DNA from: a virus
Length of the DNA stretch: 35,628 nucleotides
Reading direction: 5' to 3' (one strand)
Virus record (IMG/VR): IMGVR_UViG_3300009507_000051
The notes under the pieces were generated by a model, which had not been told where the DNA came from, did not search any database, and saw only the letters and a list, made by a program, of their open reading frames with translations. Shown piece by piece: positions 31,384-35,628 of the stretch (positions within the stretch are counted from its first letter, which is position 1; the number at the start of each line of letters is the position of its first letter). The translations under genes and the position numbers were made by a program.

Positions 31384-32922
31384 ATGTCAATAAATTTAGC
31401 TAATATTATTAATGTATCACTTAATGAAGGTGCTACATTACTACAGGCAGATAACGCAAACGTTGTTGGTTTAATTACCCGTAACGATGCTATCGGCCTC
31501 GATGAAGATAACAGAACAATGTCTTTTACAGACTTAGCATCTGTAGGCGCAGCTTTCGGCACTATTGGTGCTGAGTATGATTTTGCTCAATCTTTTTTCG
31601 GAACTAAGCCAAATGCTGTTTCTGCTGGTGGTAGATTAGTATATGGATACCAAGGTACAGGTGCTGGAACTAATGCTTTTTCTGCTAGGTTAGTAGGCGG
31701 TTTTATTAATGACGAGGCAGCGCTTTTGTCAACTCTTCAGACAATCTCTGACGGACGCTTTTCAGTATGGTTAAATGGACAAGGTCAAGATGTTGTAGGG
31801 CTTGATTTTACTGGTGCTTCAAGCATGTTTCAGGTTACCAATATAATTGAGGACGCTATTGAAGCTCAACAACCTGCTGGTATCACAAACCCTAGAGTCT
31901 CTTACTTCAACTCTGAAGGCAAGATTTATATAGACACTGGCGAGACTGGCTCTCAATCTACCACAGACTATTCTACTGATTTCGCAGATCCGGGTACTTA
32001 TATTGGTGCTCTTCTAAATCTTGAGTTTGGTTCTGGCGCGGTAGTTGAAAACGGTACTGACGCAGTTCCGGGTGAGCCTGAAGATGTAGCATCTGCTTTA
32101 AACGCTATCTTAGCTGAACAGCCTTGTAAAGGTATTACTTTTATCAATGCTCCTGCTGATGATGCAGAGGTTGCAGATCGCGCAACTTACGCACAAGCAA
32201 ATGATGTTCTTATTTATGACGTATTTAGCGAATCATCTAACTTAGAAACAGTTACGGGTAACCCAGTATGGGACGCAAAGCTTGCAGGTCAAGATCGCTA
32301 CCGTATGTTGTATTCAAAAGCCAATAACCGTAAAATGGCTGTATCTTATATGGCTCGTATGCACACGGTTAATTTTGATGGTGACTCTACTGCAATCACA
32401 ATGAATCTTAAAGAGCTGTCTATTACTCCTGAGAGTTATTCACAGACTGAAGTCGATAAGGCTCAAACCGTTGGGTTAGATGTTTACACTACTGTTAAAA
32501 ATGGCGTTCCTTTGGTTCTTTCAAGTGGTGCTAACAACTTCACTGATAATGTTTATAATACTCTTGCTTTTGTTGAAGACATTAAAGTTGGCGCATTTAA
32601 TGCATTAAAAGGAACCAGCACAAAAGTGGCTCAAACAAATCAAGGCGTAAACTACCTTGTAAATGAGCTTGAACAAATCACTCGTAAGTTCGTAAATGCT
32701 GGCGTATTTGCTGGTGGAACTTGGAATGGTTCAGACACTTTTGGTGACCTAGATGTATTTAATAAAAACATCGAACTCAACGGTTTTTACTGGAAGGCTG
32801 GAAGTTTAGCTGCTCAATCGCAAGTTGATCGAGAGGCTCGTAAATCGCCTGCTATCCAAGGTGCTGTTAAATTCGCTGGTGCAATCCATAGCGCCGATAT
32901 CATCATTAACTTTAATAAATAA
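31384..32922 (+). CDS. Tail sheath protein
   Basis: 512 aa, RBS GGAG. The N-terminus MSINLANIINVSLNEGATLL... resembles DUF3383-type sheaths (from memory). It is followed by a tube-sized gene. Confidence 0.65.
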   Translation: MSINLANIINVSLNEGATLLQADNANVVGLITRNDAIGLDEDNRTMSFTDLASVGAAFGTIGAEYDFAQSFFGTKPNAVSAGGRLVYGYQGTGAGTNAFSARLVGGFINDEAALLSTLQTISDGRFSVWLNGQGQDVVGLDFTGASSMFQVTNIIEDAIEAQQPAGITNPRVSYFNSEGKIYIDTGETGSQSTTDYSTDFADPGTYIGALLNLEFGSGAVVENGTDAVPGEPEDVASALNAILAEQPCKGITFINAPADDAEVADRATYAQANDVLIYDVFSESSNLETVTGNPVWDAKLAGQDRYRMLYSKANNRKMAVSYMARMHTVNFDGDSTAITMNLKELSITPESYSQTEVDKAQTVGLDVYTTVKNGVPLVLSSGANNFTDNVYNTLAFVEDIKVGAFNALKGTSTKVAQTNQGVNYLVNELEQITRKFVNAGVFAGGTWNGSDTFGDLDVFNKNIELNGFYWKAGSLAAQSQVDREARKSPAIQGAVKFAGAIHSADIIINFNK

Positions 32923-32936
32923 AAGAGGGCTAGTAA

Positions 32937-33368
32937 ATGACTACTATTGCATATGCCACTGAGAGTTCTACGCTAACTCTCAATGGTAACTTAATCACAG
33001 AGATGGCTGAAGGTGACTTCATTACACTTACTCCGGTAAACCCATCTACCTCGCACGTAAACGCGTCAAACGGTGGTGTTAATATCAACCGCCGTATCGA
33101 TGCTGACGTTCATGACTTTGTTGTTCGTGTACAACGTAACGGCGATGACGATAGCTTACTTAATGAGCTAGAGCGTCAAGACACTCCTGTTGTTATCAAT
33201 GGTTCACATAAAGTAAACCTACAGCGCAACGGAACAGATGTTGTTGAGTCTTGGAGCTTACAGAATGGTTCATTCACAACTCGCCCAACCTTGACGTATA
33301 ACAATACTGATGGTAATGCAGTTACTGAATACACTATTCGTTTTAGAACCGCTAAACGCGACATCTAA
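32937..33368 (+). CDS. Tail tube protein
   Basis: 143 aa, immediately after the sheath gene, with a strong terminator downstream. Confidence 0.6.
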   Translation: MTTIAYATESSTLTLNGNLITEMAEGDFITLTPVNPSTSHVNASNGGVNINRRIDADVHDFVVRVQRNGDDDSLLNELERQDTPVVINGSHKVNLQRNGTDVVESWSLQNGSFTTRPTLTYNNTDGNAVTEYTIRFRTAKRDI

Positions 33369-33384
33369 TATTTATAGTTTAAGG

Positions 33385-33409
33385 GCGAGGTTGATACCTC
33401 GCTTTTTTT
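33385..33409 (+). terminator. Intrinsic terminator after the tube gene
   Basis: GCGAGGT-TGAT-ACCTCGC followed by TTTTTTT. Confidence 0.8.
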
Positions 33410-33435
33410 ATACCTAAAATAAATTAAAATAATAC

Positions 33436-33486
33436 TTGCATTAGTTGTTTTATTGAGTTATATTAATAATATGACAATAAGTCATA
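33436..33486 (+). promoter_or_regulatory. Early-type promoter TTGCAT-17-TATATT plus 5' hairpin
   Basis: -35 at 33436-33441 and -10 at 33459-33464. Hairpin TATGAC-AATAA-GTCATA at 33470-33486. The -10 region AGTTATATTAATAAT matches the promoter at 19729. Confidence 0.55.
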
Positions 33487-33511
33487 TAAACTTTATAAGA
33501 AGGTATACATT

Positions 33512-34495
33512 ATGAGTATTTTAAAAAAGAAACAAAAGACAAATGAAGAACTGAAAAACGAAGCGTTGAGCTACAGTGTTGATGAGCTTAAGGCAAAAGC
33601 GCAAGGTGCAAAAAAAATGTCTGCATTGAAAGGCGGACTTATTATAGCGCTATCATTGTGTTCATTATTATTTTCTTACACTCAATTCCAAGAAGCTATG
33701 GTCTGTAAGGGTATTTGCGCGGTAGATGTTAATGAAAGTATGATTAAAACAGGCTGGGCAAAAGGTGAGCAACAAAAAGAAGAAACAGTTTGGGTGGTTG
33801 ACTATAAAGGAAACTACACTCAACAAGAATCTATTTTATTTAGAATGAAACTGGATAAAATCGCAGCTATATCAAAAACAGGTGATGGCCTTATTATCAA
33901 TATCGAAAGTAACGGCGGTGATGCTATTGCATGCGCTAACGATTACGATCGAGTAGTTAAGATGCGAACAATGCATGGCCTTAAGGTTTCAGCAGTTGTT
34001 GATAGAGCAGCACACTCTTGCGGATATTATCTAGCATCTGCCGCAACATCTATCTACGCTCAGAAAGGCGCAAGCGTTGGTAACATTGGATCGGCTATGA
34101 CAATGATGACAAACCCTATTCAAGCACTGGTTAAAAAAGTAACAGGCGCAGAAGTTATTGTTATTGGCTCTACTCGTGCAAAAGAAATATTTGCTGGATC
34201 ACCACTTAAGACAAAGGAAGATCACGCCATTGTCAAAAAGTACGTAGACGCAGGTGCTAAAAACTTCTTTATGGACGTTATTAAAGGACGAGCTGGACGC
34301 ATTAACCCTAAAGATTATCCTACTGTGTTTAGTGCATACCCATTCTCGGCACGTCATGCAAAACAACTAGGCCTTATCGATGGTTTCGCAAGTATCAGCG
34401 AAATACTTCAAGGCTATCACGCCAACGGATACACAATCAAACGCATCACTATAAACGATGTAGCAAAAGCAAGTAAGCAAGTATTTGTAGGATAA
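33512..34495 (+). CDS. Membrane-anchored S49-family serine peptidase (SppA / SohB-like)
   Basis: 327 aa. N-terminal TM segment: GGLIIALSLCSLLFSYTQF. ClpP/S49-like core: INIESNGGDAIACAN...AAHSCGYYLASAATSIYAQKGASVGNIGS. The Ser sits in the position of the SppA nucleophile motif. Confidence 0.65.
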   Translation: MSILKKKQKTNEELKNEALSYSVDELKAKAQGAKKMSALKGGLIIALSLCSLLFSYTQFQEAMVCKGICAVDVNESMIKTGWAKGEQQKEETVWVVDYKGNYTQQESILFRMKLDKIAAISKTGDGLIINIESNGGDAIACANDYDRVVKMRTMHGLKVSAVVDRAAHSCGYYLASAATSIYAQKGASVGNIGSAMTMMTNPIQALVKKVTGAEVIVIGSTRAKEIFAGSPLKTKEDHAIVKKYVDAGAKNFFMDVIKGRAGRINPKDYPTVFSAYPFSARHAKQLGLIDGFASISEILQGYHANGYTIKRITINDVAKASKQVFVG

Positions 34496-34499
34496 TACC

Positions 34500-34522
34500 A
34501 AAGCCCCGAAAGGGGCTTTTTT
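34500..34522. terminator. Bidirectional terminator between convergent genes
   Basis: AAAGCCCC-GAAA-GGGGCTTT with A and T runs on both sides. Confidence 0.75.
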
Positions 34523-34733
34523 AATGCCTTACTATTTTATTTGTATAATCTAACACATCCCCTTCAGTCCAATCATGTCTATTTATTTTAATGGTACCTT
34601 CAATGGCATGCTGTAGCCTTCCTATTTTGAGAACAATGCATGTAGCAATAATACCCTTACTATCCTCTAAAATACATTCATACGCTTCTGTGTGGTTGAT
34701 GGGGTCGATTCTTGTCTTGCTTGCTGTTATCAT
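34521..34733 (-). CDS. Hypothetical protein (70 aa)
   Basis: Minus-strand ATG at 34733 with RBS GAGGAAAG. The longer track ORF extending to 34838 would run into element copy 5. Confidence 0.5.
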   Translation of the reverse strand: MITASKTRIDPINHTEAYECILEDSKGIIATCIVLKIGRLQHAIEGTIKINRHDWTEGDVLDYTNKIVRH

Positions 34734-34756
34734 TTTCTTTCCTCTGTTTTTTGTTA

Positions 34757-34785
34757 AGTATATCACAAAATGCGGTGGATGTGAA
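34757..34785 (-). promoter_or_regulatory. Minus-strand promoter TTCACA-17-TATACT abutting the palindrome of element copy 5
   Basis: -35 at 34785-34780 and -10 at 34762-34757. The -35 is 1 nt from the left palindrome arm, which starts at 34787. Confidence 0.4.
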
Positions 34786-34786
34786 G

Positions 34787-34959
34787 GTGCAACGTTTTGT
34801 GACACCCTATATATACAATATTTACAAAAACGTTGCACTTACTTAATTCGCTCCGCTCACTTTCTTTTATTTTTTATTATAAGCTATCCATTAAATCAAT
34901 AACGTCACTCAACCAATGGATAAAACATTAAACAAAATAAAACAAGCCCCGCGCAGCGG
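34787..34959 (+). repeat. Structured intergenic element, copy 5 (subfamily B)
   Basis: - Inverted repeat 34787-34800 / 34824-34838.
- Stem 34885-34892 / 34915-34922 with a 22-nt loop.
- GC hairpin 34949-34959. Confidence 0.9.
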
Positions 34960-34961
34960 TA

Positions 34962-34990
34962 TTGACTAAATTATGATCATGTAGTATAAT
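34962..34990 (+). promoter_or_regulatory. Sigma70-type promoter TTGACT-17-TATAAT following element copy 5
   Basis: -35 at 34962-34967 and -10 at 34985-34990. Confidence 0.6.
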
Positions 34991-35027
34991 CATAACTCCG
35001 GCAATAAACCATTTAAGGAACAAAAAA

Positions 35028-35408
35028 ATGGCTGATAAAAACTTTTTTAAAACTGAAAGCGGAAGCAGAGCTTTGCCTGTAAATGCTGACGGAACTTTTG
35101 AGACAGATGTTATTAATTACGATGAAGGATCACTATCTGAGGTTTACTTTGAATTCTATTCAGACGAATCTCTATCTAACCCAGTAACTCCGACAGGAGG
35201 TACAATATCAGTTGAAGCTAGTCCATTAGGTAACGTTTACCTATCGCCAGCAGAGCCAACGCCTGTGAACGCCGTAGATGTATCTTCTACATCAACCGCA
35301 ACATACACGCCTCCAACTATAGATGGTCTTGTCACAAAGGCTAGGGTTATTGTTAGTGGCATAACTGGCGCATCTTACATGCGTGCTGTTTTATTTAATC
35401 ACGATTAA
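35028..35408 (+). CDS. Hypothetical virion or tail-module protein (126 aa)
   Basis: RBS AAGGAA. It is the first gene after element copy 5 and its promoter. Confidence 0.55.
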   Translation: MADKNFFKTESGSRALPVNADGTFETDVINYDEGSLSEVYFEFYSDESLSNPVTPTGGTISVEASPLGNVYLSPAEPTPVNAVDVSSTSTATYTPPTIDGLVTKARVIVSGITGASYMRAVLFNHD

Positions 35409-35417
35409 GGAGATGTC

Positions 35418-35628
35418 ATGAGTTATCCAAATAGGCGCGGTTCTAACATTAGCAATAGTCAATTACTAACAAGCGATCAACAAGAAACCTTAAAGTACAT
35501 TAAGTACATAGAGGAGGACGATCAAATCGTATCTCAAAAACCTCTTGAGACCACACTTAATTCACTTTACCTTAGTTCTGCTCATAAAATATCAAGCGGA
35601 CAAGAAAACATATTCTTTACCAACCTTG
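35418..35628 (+). CDS. 5' part of the 409-aa junction-spanning gene (continues at 1..1142)
   Basis: ATG 35418 with RBS AAGGAG at 35407-35412. The ORF is open to the end of the window and is in frame with 1..1142 through the 123-nt overlap. Confidence 0.7.
   Translation, partial: MSYPNRRGSNISNSQLLTSDQQETLKYIKYIEEDDQIVSQKPLETTLNSLYLSSAHKISSGQENIFFTNL
35506..35628. repeat. Terminal overlap, identical to 1..123
   Basis: Read directly; see the feature at 1..123. Confidence 0.95.

Noticed and set aside
34591-34902. 103-aa + strand ORF from the track that reads through element copy 5
   Set aside because: It is antisense to the better-supported 70-aa gene, which has a proper RBS. It has no RBS of its own. 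The same reading frame is closed by stops in copies 1 and 4 of the element, so the open frame is accidental.
5801-34959. The five repeats could be a CRISPR array or CRISPR-like mini-array
   Set aside because: The copies are 5-9 kb apart and separated by genes. Each repeat unit is about 100-180 nt with internal modules. There are no short regularly spaced repeats and no cas genes.

Overview
The window appears to be a complete genome of about 35.5 kb from a tailed phage with a contractile tail. Bases 1-123 are repeated exactly at 35506-35628, and one gene reads straight across that join, so the unique length is 35,505 bp. This means either circular closure or terminal redundancy. 44 of 47 supported genes lie on the + strand.

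Gene order, starting after the join:
- Tail assembly chaperone with a canonical -1 frameshift extension, then the tape measure protein.
- Mu/P2-like baseplate: hub, central spike, W-like, J-like and I-like proteins.
- Two paralogous tail fibres, then a holin-like protein and a second membrane protein.
- A short inverted block on the minus strand holding the endolysin and an HNH-AP2 homing endonuclease.
- An early region: a 788-aa P-loop SF2-like helicase or initiator, a RecU-like nuclease, an XRE HTH protein, and about ten small ORFs of unknown function.
- Packaging and head genes: terS, terL, portal, Mu-F-like head protein, scaffold, major capsid.
- Head-tail connectors, sheath and tube.
- A membrane-anchored S49 peptidase that sits out of place between the tube gene and the chaperone.

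I found no tRNA, rRNA, CRISPR array, integrase or DNA polymerase.

The non-coding DNA is unusually organised:
1. A family of five structured intergenic elements of about 100-180 nt sits at the major operon boundaries. Each has a long palindrome with an A/T-rich core, an invariant G-poor block, a stem with a compensatory change and a hypervariable loop, an A-rich tract and a GC hairpin. Each is followed by a sigma70-type promoter, near-consensus (17-bp spacer) after copies 1, 2, 4 and 5. This is the best candidate for something undescribed.
2. About ten early-type promoters are each followed by a 5' leader hairpin.
3. Two promoter-plus-terminator units would produce transcripts of about 50 nt.
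4. Several terminator hairpins carry the -35 hexamer of the next promoter in or next to their loop.

All protein family names come from reading motifs and from memory of those families. No database search was run.
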